64,000 nucleotides of DNA. It comes from Candidatus Pacebacteria bacterium CG2_30_36_39 (GTDB lineage: Bacteria > Patescibacteriota > Microgenomatia > UBA1400 > PJMF01). Every line of letters begins with the position of its first letter. The first letter of the stretch is position 1. The notes below the pieces were generated by a model that saw only the letters and a list, made by a program, of their open reading frames with translations, did no database searches and was not told the origin of the DNA. This document shows positions 27,981-36,926 of the stretch, piece after piece. A program made the translations under genes and the position numbers. The stretch lies in the NCBI GenBank assembly GCA_001873435.1, contig MNZB01000003.1:6427-70426 (forward strand). Reading direction: 5' to 3'.

Positions 27981-28010
27981 AAAAAGCCCCAAATTACTTT
28001 GGGGCTTTTA
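27981..28010. terminator. Bidirectional terminator downstream of rplA.
   Basis: 9-bp stem agccccaaa/tttggggct with loop TTAC and flanking A/T runs. Confidence 0.6.
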
Positions 28011-28032
28011 AATTTCTGATTAATAAAAATTT

Positions 28033-28731
28033 TTAGGTAGTTTCAATTTCAACTTTAACACCTGGACTCATGGAGGCTGAAAGAGCCATACGGACCACTT
28101 TGCCTTTAAGAGCTTTGAGTAAAGCTTCAACATTTTCTACGATTTTTTTACTGTCTAAAGAGACTTTGCCTACATTAACATGCATTAATGGGGCTTTGCG
28201 CTCAGCTTTAATCATTTGTTTGCCGGCAGAAAGTTCTTTAACAGCTCTTTCTGGATTTGGGGTTAAGGTGCCGTTTTTTGGATTTGGCATTAAGCCTTTT
28301 GGACCCAAGACGCGAGCAAATTTGGCTAGTTTTGGCATGAATTGAGGTGAACTTACCAAAATATCAAAGTCAATGGTACCAGCTTCAATGTCAGCTAAAA
28401 CTTTATCATCAACGATAACAACTTTTTTGGTTTTACCTGCTTGATGGGGCATAATTACTTCTACAGTAATACCTTCTTCTTTAACAGCTAACTCGGCTGT
28501 GATGGTGCCATCAAATGATGTGTAAGAAAGTTTTTTAACTAGTTCAACAGCAGCTAGCAAATCGTATTTTTTAGTTTTATCAACTTTTGATTTGACTGCA
28601 GCATATTTTTTGCTGTGAACACGAACTTTGACTTTCTTAGCTTCTTTTTCTGCCTCAGCTTCAGGAGCTTCAACGATTTTGACGTTGATTTCTTGACTGG
28701 ACATATCGACGTTGTGATTTGTGCTACCCAT
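28033..28731 (-). CDS. rplA: Ribosomal protein L1.
   Basis: 232-aa L1 family sequence placed directly after rplK. Confidence 0.9.
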   Translation of the reverse strand: MGSTNHNVDMSSQEINVKIVEAPEAEAEKEAKKVKVRVHSKKYAAVKSKVDKTKKYDLLAAVELVKKLSYTSFDGTITAELAVKEEGITVEVIMPHQAGKTKKVVIVDDKVLADIEAGTIDFDILVSSPQFMPKLAKFARVLGPKGLMPNPKNGTLTPNPERAVKELSAGKQMIKAERKAPLMHVNVGKVSLDSKKIVENVEALLKALKGKVVRMALSASMSPGVKVEIETT

Positions 28732-28735
28732 GAGA

Positions 28736-29161
28736 TTATTCCTTTACCTGTATTCCCATACTACGAGCTGTGCCAGTTACGCTGTTGATAGCGCTATCTA
28801 GACTATTAGTGTTCAAGTCTGGGAGTTTTTCTTGAGCAATTTCTTTAACTTGAGCCATTGTTAGAGTTCCAGCAGAAACTCTACTTGGAGTGCCACTGCC
28901 TAATTTTAGGTTTAAAGCTTTTTTGATCATGTTAGAAACTGGGGGGAGTTTCAAAACAAAAGTAAATGATTTGTCTTGGTAGACTGTGATTTCAGCAGGA
29001 ATAACTTGTCCACGTTTGTCTTTGGTGGCGTCATTATATTGCTTTAAGAAATCCATCATATTAATACCAGTTTGACCAAGAGCTGGTCCAACGGGAGGGG
29101 CTGGAGTTGCACTGCCAGCTTGGAGGTTTAGTTTGAGAATTTGTTTTACTTTTTTTGCCAT
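28736..29161 (-). CDS. rplK: Ribosomal protein L11.
   Basis: 141 aa with the conserved PPVGPALGQ.GIN motif. Confidence 0.9.
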   Translation of the reverse strand: MAKKVKQILKLNLQAGSATPAPPVGPALGQTGINMMDFLKQYNDATKDKRGQVIPAEITVYQDKSFTFVLKLPPVSNMIKKALNLKLGSGTPSRVSAGTLTMAQVKEIAQEKLPDLNTNSLDSAINSVTGTARSMGIQVKE

Positions 29162-29217
29162 ATATTCCTTAAATTTCTGCTTGAGTTATTTCAGACTCGC
29201 TATTTTAACACACCAGT

Positions 29218-29850
29218 CTAGACTTTCTGAACTTGTAAGAAGTCCATTTCTACTGGAGTCTCGCGACCAAAAATATTAATTAACACTTTGACTTGACCTT
29301 TTCCTTCATCAATAGAATCGACTGTGCCTAGGAAGTCAGCAAATGGGCCATCAGTAATTTTAACAGCTTCTCCCTCAACAAAGTCAGCTTTGAATTGAGG
29401 TTCTGCTTGATCCATATATTTTTGAATTGCTTCAACTTCATGACGTGGTAGAGGAGTTGGTTTGCTACTCATGCCAACAAAGCCAGTTACACCTTGAGTG
29501 GTGCGAACTGCCAACCAAGCATCATCAGTCATTTCCATTTGAACCAACATGTATCCTGGGAAGATTTTTTCTCTCACAGTTTTGCGTTGACCACGACGGA
29601 TTTGAATTTTTTCTTGACTTGGAATTAAAACAGTTAGAACTTTATTGGTTAAGTGAAGGGTTTGAGCACGTTGTTTTAAGGCTTCAGCAACTTTTTTCTC
29701 ATGACCAGAATAGGCGTGAACTACATACCAACGAGCTTTTTTGTTTTCTTCTGCAGAAATGATTACAAGGTTTGGTGAATCAACCTGAACTTCTTGTTGT
29801 TCTGGAGGAGCAATTACTTGATCAGCTGGTTGTTTTGTGTTGTCAGTCAT
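29218..29850 (-). CDS. nusG: Transcription termination/antitermination factor NusG.
   Basis: NGN domain (KWYVVHAYSGHEKKV) and C-terminal KOW domain, positioned between secE and rplK. Confidence 0.85.
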   Translation of the reverse strand: MTDNTKQPADQVIAPPEQQEVQVDSPNLVIISAEENKKARWYVVHAYSGHEKKVAEALKQRAQTLHLTNKVLTVLIPSQEKIQIRRGQRKTVREKIFPGYMLVQMEMTDDAWLAVRTTQGVTGFVGMSSKPTPLPRHEVEAIQKYMDQAEPQFKADFVEGEAVKITDGPFADFLGTVDSIDEGKGQVKVLINIFGRETPVEMDFLQVQKV

Positions 29851-29856
29851 ATTTTT

Positions 29857-30039
29857 TTACCTTAGTACAATACTCATAAGTCTGGCAAAGACATAGTCTA
29901 AGCCACCTATATAGAGAGCTGCGGCAGCAGTTATACCAATTACCAAGAGAGTAAGCTCATAGGTTTTTTGCTTGGTAGGCCAAGAAACTTTCTTGAGTTC
30001 TTGGATCACTTCCCGGAAGTATTGGAGAAGTCTCTGCAT
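29857..30039 (-). CDS. secE: Preprotein translocase subunit SecE.
   Basis: 60 aa with a single TM helix and a KVSWPTK motif, directly upstream of nusG. Confidence 0.7.
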   Translation of the reverse strand: MQRLLQYFREVIQELKKVSWPTKQKTYELTLLVIGITAAAALYIGGLDYVFARLMSIVLR

Positions 30040-30265
30040 AGACAGAGTATTCTATCAGAAAATATTAAATCTTTCAGAGGGAGTTTTTCAGGTTTTTCGA
30101 GGGAAGGTTAAAAATGATGATGTTGGCTATTTGCTCTCTCTGGAATTGAAATGTAGTATACTGCGTGTATTCTTTTTTAAATAAAAGAATTTTTCTTGGT
30201 TGATTTTTAAAAATATCATCTGAGAAATATAGTATTAAATCATGACAATCTAATAAGGAAAAATC

Positions 30266-31180
30266 ATGCTTTCACCAGATAAAAAAGTGCGCAAGGCTAT
30301 TATCACTGATGCTGGTTTTGCTAGTCGCTATTTGCCCATTACTAAGACTGTGCCCAAAGCAATGTTGCCATTGGGTAATCGTCCAATTATGCAGTTCGTG
30401 ATAGAGGAATGTGTTGAAGCCGGTATTGAGGAAATTATCATCGTAGCTACCCCAGAAGGTAAGCCTATTTATGAGGATTATTTCAATAATAATGTTAATC
30501 GTATTCGCAAACAGCTTTCTGCCCAAGGAAAAGATGAGCGTTATGCTTCTGTGCAAGAGGTTTTAGATTTTCCAAAAATTACAGTAATTACTCAAGATCC
30601 AAGCTTGCCTTATGGCAATGGTTCTCCTATTGCTTCAGCCAAGCCATTTGTTGAGGGTGAGGTAGCATTTTTGGCAATGTATAGTGATGATGTAGTTTTT
30701 GGTCGTCCTGGTTCAGCTAAGACTTTAGTTGATACTTATGAAAAGTATTCTGATGCTAGTGCCGTAATTATTGTTGAGGATTTGCCACGAGAAGAAATTT
30801 CTAAATATGCTTCTGTTTCTTTGAAAGCAGGTAAATATTCTGATAAAGGAGAAAATGTATTGGTAGATATAGTTGAAAAGCCAAAGGCTGAGGAAGCACC
30901 AACTACTTTGGCTTCATATGGTAGATATTTATTGACTCCAGAAATCTTTGAGTATCTGAATGCTGGCAATACTGGTAAAGATGGCGAGCTTTGGACTGCT
31001 GACGCCATTGGTCGCTTGTGTAAAGAGGGTGGTAAAAAAGTTTTGGTGGCTAAAAGCAATACCAAATGGATGACCACTGGTGATCCAGAAAATTATTTTA
31101 AAGCTCATCTCAAATATGTTTTAGAGTATGAGGATTATGGTAAAAAGGTAGCTGGGTGGTTGCAAGAACTCACTAAATAG
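30266..31180 (+). CDS. galU: UTP--glucose-1-phosphate uridylyltransferase.
   Basis: N-terminal KAIITDAGFASRYLPITKTVPKAMLP...IMQFVIEE nucleotidyltransferase signature in a 304-aa protein. Confidence 0.7.
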   Translation: MLSPDKKVRKAIITDAGFASRYLPITKTVPKAMLPLGNRPIMQFVIEECVEAGIEEIIIVATPEGKPIYEDYFNNNVNRIRKQLSAQGKDERYASVQEVLDFPKITVITQDPSLPYGNGSPIASAKPFVEGEVAFLAMYSDDVVFGRPGSAKTLVDTYEKYSDASAVIIVEDLPREEISKYASVSLKAGKYSDKGENVLVDIVEKPKAEEAPTTLASYGRYLLTPEIFEYLNAGNTGKDGELWTADAIGRLCKEGGKKVLVAKSNTKWMTTGDPENYFKAHLKYVLEYEDYGKKVAGWLQELTK

Positions 31181-31208
31181 GGTCATAATTAGATAATAAG
31201 TAGAAATC

Positions 31209-31258
31209 AAAAAGGCCAGTCCAACACCAATCGGTGAAGGGCTGGTTTTTTCTTTTTT
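31209..31258 (+). terminator. Probable terminator after galU.
   Basis: Imperfect hairpin ggccagtcc...gggctgg followed by a T-run. Confidence 0.4.
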
Positions 31259-31593
31259 ACTCGAGAATACCGCTTGTTGTCACTATGTTTTTATAGTATC
31301 TTAAACATAGATCTTTAACAGTCATGCGGGAGGGGTTAGAACATTAAAATTTCTCAACAGCTTGTTTTAGGGCTCATGAGAAGTATTGCAATCTCGTGGG
31401 GTTGCGATCGCTCTGCCCACCTTGGAATTTCCGGGGAAAACAGTTCTGCCCCTCGCGCGTGGCTGTTAATACAAACAACTGATTGTTTATTTCAAGTTTC
31501 CAGTTCTTACTTGTGGGTTTGTTATTTATTCTTATAATATGTGAATTCTGTATTGCTTCTTTTTGAGGTACAATACATGACGTTAAGATTGAT

Positions 31594-31666
31594 GCCTTTG
31601 TAGCTCAGGTGGCAGAGCGCAGTCTTGGTAAGACTGAGGTCTCGGGTTCGAACCCCGACAAAGGCT
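31594..31666 (+). tRNA. tRNA-Thr (anticodon GGU).
   Basis: Acceptor GCCTTTG/CAAAGGC, anticodon stem CAGTC/GACTG with loop TTGGTAA, T-arm GGTTCGAACCC. CCA is not encoded. Confidence 0.8.
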
Positions 31667-31702
31667 CATGGTTTAGCTCTTTAATTTTGTTGTTGTATAA
31701 AA

Positions 31703-31785
31703 GCCAAGGTACTGAAGTGGTCAAACAGGGCAGTCTGTAAAACTGCTGGCATACGCCTTCGTAGGTTCGAATCCTTCCCTTGGCA
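31703..31785 (+). tRNA. tRNA-Tyr (anticodon GUA).
   Basis: Acceptor GCCAAGG/CCTTGGC, anticodon loop CTGTAAA, long variable arm, T-loop TTCGAAT. Confidence 0.8.
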
Positions 31786-31794
31786 CTTTTTTGT

Positions 31795-31867
31795 GCCAAC
31801 TTAGCTCAGTTGGTAGAGCAACGGTTTTGTAAACCGTAGGTCGTGGGTTCAAGTCCCACAGTTGGCT
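31795..31867 (+). tRNA. tRNA-Thr (anticodon UGU).
   Basis: Acceptor GCCAACT/AGTTGGC, D-arm TAGCTCAGTTGGTAGAGC, anticodon loop TTTGTAA, T-arm GTGGGTTCAAGTCCCAC. Confidence 0.8.
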
Positions 31868-31894
31868 CAGTGACTTAAAATTTACTTTCTAAAA

Positions 31895-31914
31895 GCGCGG
31901 CAGACCGCGTTTTT
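31895..31914 (+). terminator. Terminator after the tRNA operon.
   Basis: cgcgg-caga-ccgcg hairpin followed by T5. Confidence 0.45.
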
Positions 31915-31973
31915 GCAAAAATAACTAAGAATAGGTGTGATATAATACCTGCCTATTATATTGAGGAGACTAT

Positions 31974-32177
31974 ATGGCAAAGAAGAAAAAAGGACCACGT
32001 CAGATCGCAGGTTTACAATGTACAGTTTGTAAACATTTTGGTTACGTGACCGAATATAACAAGAATAATGACATCTTGATGAAACAAACTGAAGGAAAGA
32101 GTACTTTTCCAATCAGTAAGTATTGTAATGTTTGTAAAAAACACACTGAACACAAGATGATGAAGAAATTAAAATAA
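31974..32177 (+). CDS. rpmG: Ribosomal protein L33.
   Basis: 67 aa with two CxxC pairs (CTVCKH...CNVCKKHTEHK), Lys-rich. An extended -10 (TGaTATAAT) and an SD (gaggag) lie upstream. Confidence 0.8.
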   Translation: MAKKKKGPRQIAGLQCTVCKHFGYVTEYNKNNDILMKQTEGKSTFPISKYCNVCKKHTEHKMMKKLK

Positions 32178-32200
32178 TTTTTTCTTTAAAATTGACAAGA

Positions 32201-32227
32201 AAAACCCCACCATTACGGTGGGGTTTT
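32201..32227. terminator. Bidirectional terminator.
   Basis: ccccacc-attac-ggtgggg hairpin with flanking A4 and T4. Confidence 0.55.
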
Positions 32228-32243
32228 AAGTTTCTCTAACTAT

Positions 32244-33635
32244 TTATCTAGATAATTTTATTACTGCTTTTAAGATATTTATTGCTCCAACTCTAAATAA
32301 CTTATCCTGTTTTTCAATGGTTCTAGCCATGTGTTGAGCATTTTGCAACCAAGATGTTTTTGTTGGAGCGGAGTGAGTAATAGAATCTAGTTGTTTGACT
32401 ATCTCATTCAAATCAGCTTCTTGTGATATTTCGTGTTTTTCAAATTTTAAACGAATATTATGTTCCCATTCTCCCCATTCAGCTAAGGTTAACAGAGCCG
32501 CACCACTAGCAATAGCGTCGTATGCCATATCACCAGAAGGTTTGCTAATAAACAAATCAGCCCATGGGAAGCCATAGGCAATTAAAAGTTCATTAGCATC
32601 GATGATTTGTGGATGATAAATAACACTTATTTTTGTATTGATTCTTTTATGAACCTCTTTTTTCAGAGTAAGGGCTTTGCCAATTTCAAATTGTGCTGGG
32701 TCGATAGGGTTGATCTCGGTGTATGAGATATCAGCTTTTCTTGCCTTTTCAATGACTAGATCCTTAATATCAGTATGAGTCCCAGCATAGACCATTAGTT
32801 CAAAACGGGCCTGTGGGCCTTGCATTTCTGGTAATAGTTTATCGATGATCTTGGCTATTTCTGGCTTATTAGTTCCTAGTCCTCCAGTGGTTAGACATAT
32901 TTTTAGAGAACGATTAGAGTTCCATGGAGCTTTGTGGTTTCTGGCTTCTAAAACGCGGGGATCAATAGGTGGTCCAGTGACAATTACTCTGTCTGGATCA
33001 ACGTTTTTACCTAGTTTTTCAGCTTTTTCTAAAAATTCTTTTTTAGTGTTTTCATCAAAAACCCCGTAGAAAGCATGAATTTTATCGCATTGAGCTAAGT
33101 AGTCTTCTCTTACATGAGGATCAGTTACCATCTGGAAAACTGTTTTTCCTTCAGCCAACATGATGTTTCCAGCTGCAATGTGGAAAGATAAGATTGGTTT
33201 TTTAATGTTTTCAGTAAGCTTGATTAGCGGAGGAGTGATGCTTTCCAAGATGGGTAGTTTTTGACGACCAAATTTATCTACAATATCTTTGAGACTTTTT
33301 AGCATGGGATAGCGAGCTAAGATTTTACCAATTGTGTCTGTAAAAACGATACTACCCCATTTTTTTCCAGCAACGTAGTTTGTGGGGTCTACTAACCAGG
33401 CTTCTTGTGGGTCTAGTTTGTTTTTCCAGGCTTCGGCAGCTACTCCAATAGCCATAGAGTAGTGGGCCCTAGAAAGAACGATGTCTTGTAATAAATCGTT
33501 CTCTGGTAAGTGGTGTAGGCCTTTAAGATCTTCTTTGTATGTTCCAGAGACGGTGATAATTGGGACTTTTGTAGTTTTTAGATATTTAGCATCAAGCTTT
33601 TTAGTCTGACGCAGGGATGGGGTGAGACTGGGCAT
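32244..33635 (-). CDS. GT-B fold glycosyltransferase (MGDG-synthase/UgtP-like, GT28-like).
   Basis: C-terminal ADLFISKPSGDMAYDAIASGAALLTL resembles the GT-B nucleotide-sugar binding region. 463 aa. Confidence 0.4.
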   Translation of the reverse strand: MPSLTPSLRQTKKLDAKYLKTTKVPIITVSGTYKEDLKGLHHLPENDLLQDIVLSRAHYSMAIGVAAEAWKNKLDPQEAWLVDPTNYVAGKKWGSIVFTDTIGKILARYPMLKSLKDIVDKFGRQKLPILESITPPLIKLTENIKKPILSFHIAAGNIMLAEGKTVFQMVTDPHVREDYLAQCDKIHAFYGVFDENTKKEFLEKAEKLGKNVDPDRVIVTGPPIDPRVLEARNHKAPWNSNRSLKICLTTGGLGTNKPEIAKIIDKLLPEMQGPQARFELMVYAGTHTDIKDLVIEKARKADISYTEINPIDPAQFEIGKALTLKKEVHKRINTKISVIYHPQIIDANELLIAYGFPWADLFISKPSGDMAYDAIASGAALLTLAEWGEWEHNIRLKFEKHEISQEADLNEIVKQLDSITHSAPTKTSWLQNAQHMARTIEKQDKLFRVGAINILKAVIKLSR

Positions 33636-33713
33636 GTATTTAGCCTAGATGTTTTCTAGATGGACGACAAGTGGAAGTTTTATTATGATTTTACGGTATA
33701 ATTGCACTCTATT

Positions 33714-33784
33714 AGGGCCATAATGTAATGGTAGCATGAGGGTCTCCAAAACCCTTCGTCAAGGTTCAAGTCCTTGTGGCCCTG
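33714..33784 (+). tRNA. tRNA-Trp (anticodon CCA).
   Basis: Acceptor AGGGCCA/TGGCCCT, D-stem ATGT/GCAT, anticodon stem AGGGT/ACCCT with loop CTCCAAA, T-arm CAAGG-TTCAAGT-CCTTG, discriminator G. Confidence 0.8.
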
Positions 33785-33828
33785 CAAATTTCTATGTTTT
33801 TAATTTTCATTTATTTAAAAATTAAACA

Positions 33829-34068
33829 ATGCGATACAACGTCAAAATTAAATATAATTTAGTCTCTGACCCAGAAGGATCTCTAAGAAGGGAATTTAAT
33901 TGTTTAACACCTTCTGTTATTGGTGCGTTTAATGCGCAAGAACATGCGGTAGATGTTTTAAATGAGGAGTTGGGTACTACTATTTCTGACCTTAGAGAAG
34001 ATATGGGGATTGAAATAGAACCAGCATCAACCATCGAGGGCGCTCAAAGTGGTGGGAAAGAAACGTAA
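33829..34068 (+). CDS. Hypothetical small protein (79 aa).
   Basis: ORF only; a competing antisense ORF exists. Confidence 0.2.
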   Translation: MRYNVKIKYNLVSDPEGSLRREFNCLTPSVIGAFNAQEHAVDVLNEELGTTISDLREDMGIEIEPASTIEGAQSGGKET

Positions 34069-34239
34069 TATTTTTACCCTGGTAAAGAAGTTAGTTTTTT
34101 TAACTCTTTTTCTAAATTTTCTTTAAGTGCGACTTGTTCTTCTTCATCAAGAGAAGGATAGAGATCTGCCCAAAAAAACAGTTCGTCGCGATCATCTCCC
34201 AGAGCTATTAATTGTTCTACTAGAGTTTTAATTGATTGA

Positions 34240-34773
34240 TCATTGTTCATTATTTTTATCTTTTTTAAACCAAAGACCCTTGCTTTTTTCTATCCACTTT
34301 AGCGTTACATCTATACCAGCTCTAAGTTTGGGATTAGTTTCTTCATTTTTTTCCATTGCCTTTTGAAGAACTGGAATTGCTAGATCAGGACCATACATTG
34401 CAAGCCAGGCCAACCATGAAGCAGTATATAGACCGCCAGCAACTGGCCTAAGTTGTTCACTGAATACAGTTGGATAAGTTATGAGACCAGTTGTGACAAT
34501 AACAATATTCATAATGCGACCAAGAGGAGTTAATTCTTGATTTCCGACTGTAGTTTTACCCCTTAGTGCTTCTAAAGATAGGGTAAGATATGAACCTATC
34601 GAGGCATTAAAAACAGCCATAGCAGCACGTTGTAACTGTTTATTTTCTGCCCATTTTTTAGCTATTTTTTTAAATAAATCTAGCCGCTCTTCTTGAGATT
34701 GTTCTATCTCTTTTTTTCTTATGGCTTCTGTTTCATGTGATGGAACTTCTTCCATAGGTAAATTTTCATCCAT
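34240..34773 (-). CDS. Hypothetical protein with a hydrophobic core.
   Basis: 177-aa ORF with a charged N-terminus and central hydrophobic segments. Confidence 0.35.
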   Translation of the reverse strand: MDENLPMEEVPSHETEAIRKKEIEQSQEERLDLFKKIAKKWAENKQLQRAAMAVFNASIGSYLTLSLEALRGKTTVGNQELTPLGRIMNIVIVTTGLITYPTVFSEQLRPVAGGLYTASWLAWLAMYGPDLAIPVLQKAMEKNEETNPKLRAGIDVTLKWIEKSKGLWFKKDKNNEQ

Positions 34774-34831
34774 AACTTCAGTTTAACAAAATGGGTGATT
34801 AATTGGATAGTAAGTTATAGAATGAACAGAG

Positions 34832-35251
34832 ATGAATGATTTAGTATTCAATTCACTAATTCCAGAATTATCAGTATCTAGCTTTAAAAACAGCTTAGAT
34901 TTTTACTGCAATATCTTAGGATTTAAAATAGAATATCAACGCAAAGCAGATAAATTTGCCCTCATTTCACTAGAAGGTTCTCAGCTAATGATTGAAGAAA
35001 TTAATAATCATTGGCAAGTTGGTGAAATGCAAAAACCATTTGGTAGAGGAGTTAACTTTCAAATTGAAGTTAAAAAAATTCAGCCACTCTTAGCTTCATT
35101 GGCAAAAAACAACCTCAAACTCTTTAAAGAAACAATGGAAAACTGGTATCGTCAGGATGATAAATTATTGGGTAATAAAGAATTTCTTATTCAAGATCCA
35201 GATGGCTATTTATTAAGATTCAGTGAAGATTTGGGTAAAAAAAATCTTTAG
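34832..35251 (+). CDS. VOC (glyoxalase/bleomycin-resistance) family protein.
   Basis: 139 aa with a C-terminal LIQDPDGYLLRF typical of VOC-fold proteins. Confidence 0.5.
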   Translation: MNDLVFNSLIPELSVSSFKNSLDFYCNILGFKIEYQRKADKFALISLEGSQLMIEEINNHWQVGEMQKPFGRGVNFQIEVKKIQPLLASLAKNNLKLFKETMENWYRQDDKLLGNKEFLIQDPDGYLLRFSEDLGKKNL

Positions 35252-35289
35252 AGCTATAATATTGTGGAACAAATAAAAAGGAATAACTT

Positions 35290-35511
35290 ATGAATGAAAC
35301 ATTAAACTCAGCAGCAGCTTGTTTACAGGCAGCAGAAGAAGCCAGTTGTGATGAGCTTGCAGACATAATGAGAGCAGTTAATAACTTAGGCCTTGGATAT
35401 GAATCAGCCTCGGCTCTTTTGCAAAACGTTCTAACTGCACATGCAATTGGAGATCATTGCGACAGCGAAGATGCTCATGCTGAAGTTCGTTCTATTTATT
35501 TGAAAATATAA
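35290..35511 (+). CDS. Hypothetical small acidic protein.
   Basis: 73-aa ORF with an SD (aaaaggaa). Confidence 0.3.
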   Translation: MNETLNSAAACLQAAEEASCDELADIMRAVNNLGLGYESASALLQNVLTAHAIGDHCDSEDAHAEVRSIYLKI

Positions 35512-35541
35512 TTAATTTTAACAGTCATATATACTGTTTGA

Positions 35542-36423
35542 ATGTGGTTTGTTTTTGCGCTAATCTCAGCCCTTGTCTATTCGTTTAGAAGTATCTTAGA
35601 AAAATGGTCATTAAAAAAAGTTAACCCTTATATTCTAGCCTTTTCTGTTCGTTTTTTTGCTTTACCACTATTCACCTTGCCATATTTATTTGGCATTGCC
35701 AAATTACCAATATTAACTGAAGTGAGCTCCAGTTTTTGGTGGTCTGTAATTTTAGTTTCACTAATTATGACTCCAGTAGAAATGATTTTTTTCTATAAGG
35801 CACTAAAAACAGAAGAAGTGAGCTATGTAGCACCACTCCTGGGACTAAGCCCTTTAATAACAGCTTTCTTTGGCGCTCTTTTCTTTAAAGAATATCCTAG
35901 CCCAATGGGCATTATCGGAATGATCATCATTATTATTGCTCTATATTTACTCAACACTCAAAAACAACAAAAAAACATTTTGGAACCACTCAAACATTTG
36001 TTTAATAATAAAGCCTTTAGATACATCATTATTATGATGTCATCTTATTCATTAGGAATTTTAATTGACAAACTAGCAATTACCTCAGCAGACATCTTTT
36101 TCTATTCATTAATAAACTACAGCTTTGTTTCTATAGTATTGTTTTTAATTGCTTTAATTAAAGCTCCTAAGGAACTAGGAGAAGTACGAGCTAATATTTT
36201 ACCTTTTGGAATAATTGGTGCGGTTGTTGCCAGTTATACATGGCTAAGGTTTTTGGCTTTAGAAAGAGGTAACGCTGGTTATGTCTCGGCTGTTTTGTCA
36301 TCTAGTGTGCTTTTTTCCACGATTATTGGGGCAGTATTATTTAAAGAAAAAAACCTAACTAAAAAGTTTTTTATTGGAATTCTAATCTTAATTGGTTTGG
36401 CTATGATCAAGTTATCAAACTGA
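35542..36423 (+). CDS. EamA/DMT-superfamily transporter.
   Basis: 293 aa with ten TM segments in two EamA halves. Confidence 0.6.
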   Translation: MWFVFALISALVYSFRSILEKWSLKKVNPYILAFSVRFFALPLFTLPYLFGIAKLPILTEVSSSFWWSVILVSLIMTPVEMIFFYKALKTEEVSYVAPLLGLSPLITAFFGALFFKEYPSPMGIIGMIIIIIALYLLNTQKQQKNILEPLKHLFNNKAFRYIIIMMSSYSLGILIDKLAITSADIFFYSLINYSFVSIVLFLIALIKAPKELGEVRANILPFGIIGAVVASYTWLRFLALERGNAGYVSAVLSSSVLFSTIIGAVLFKEKNLTKKFFIGILILIGLAMIKLSN

Positions 36424-36666
36424 GGGAAAAACTCCCATAGCGGCAAGCTCTGTTAAGAACATATGTTTAAAAGCCATTAAAAAAGTCAACAAATCAGTTG
36501 ACTCTGTTAGGCGTAGAACCTCTGCTAAAATCTGTTGATCTGAAAAACTAGTGAAAGGCTCTCTTTTTTCTTTATAGAGATTCCTTTGTTCTTCAGAAAG
36601 AGTTATTTTGGCAAACCTTGCCATTCCATCTGCTTGCGAACCCATACTGTCGTATATTGGACTCAT
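36415..36666 (-). CDS. Hypothetical small protein.
   Basis: 83-aa ORF only. Confidence 0.25.
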   Translation of the reverse strand: MSPIYDSMGSQADGMARFAKITLSEEQRNLYKEKREPFTSFSDQQILAEVLRLTESTDLLTFLMAFKHMFLTELAAMGVFPSV

Positions 36667-36746
36667 ACTATTAATAGTAACAGATTATTGATCTTTTTTG
36701 ATATTGTATAATTGCTTTATTAAAATAACTATTAATGAGGACTACT

Positions 36747-36908
36747 ATGGGAGAAGAAACCTATCAAGCCATTGAAAGCACTAGAGCAATTTTGGGTGAA
36801 AAATGGAAAGAATATTGGTTAAAAGTTTTAAAACCAGAAGTAATTACTGCTTATTTAATCTGGACAGGCGAAGAAAAAGCCGAAGAACCAACTACCAAAG
36901 AAGAATAA
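36747..36908 (+). CDS. Unannotated small ORF (53 aa, MGEETYQAIESTRAILGEKWKEYWLKVLKPEVITAYLIWTGEEKAEEPTTKEE).
   Basis: Strong SD GAGGA 6 nt upstream of the ATG. It ends 18 nt before the HAD gene. Below the length cut-off of the ORF track. Confidence 0.3.
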   Translation: MGEETYQAIESTRAILGEKWKEYWLKVLKPEVITAYLIWTGEEKAEEPTTKEE

Positions 36909-36926
36909 TTTTAGTTCAGGTATTTT

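Noticed and set aside
31320-31480. RNase P RNA, SRP RNA or tmRNA in the GC-rich intergenic element.
   Set aside because: Conserved cores are absent: RNase P GGAAAGTCCGGGC/P4, SRP domain IV GGAAGCAGCC, and the tmRNA tRNA-like ends. The element is kept only as an unclassified candidate ncRNA.
31605-32112. ORFs 31605-31799 (-) and 31882-32112 (-) from the six-frame track.
   Set aside because: They overlap three clear tRNA genes and the rpmG gene and promoter. No coding signal is present.
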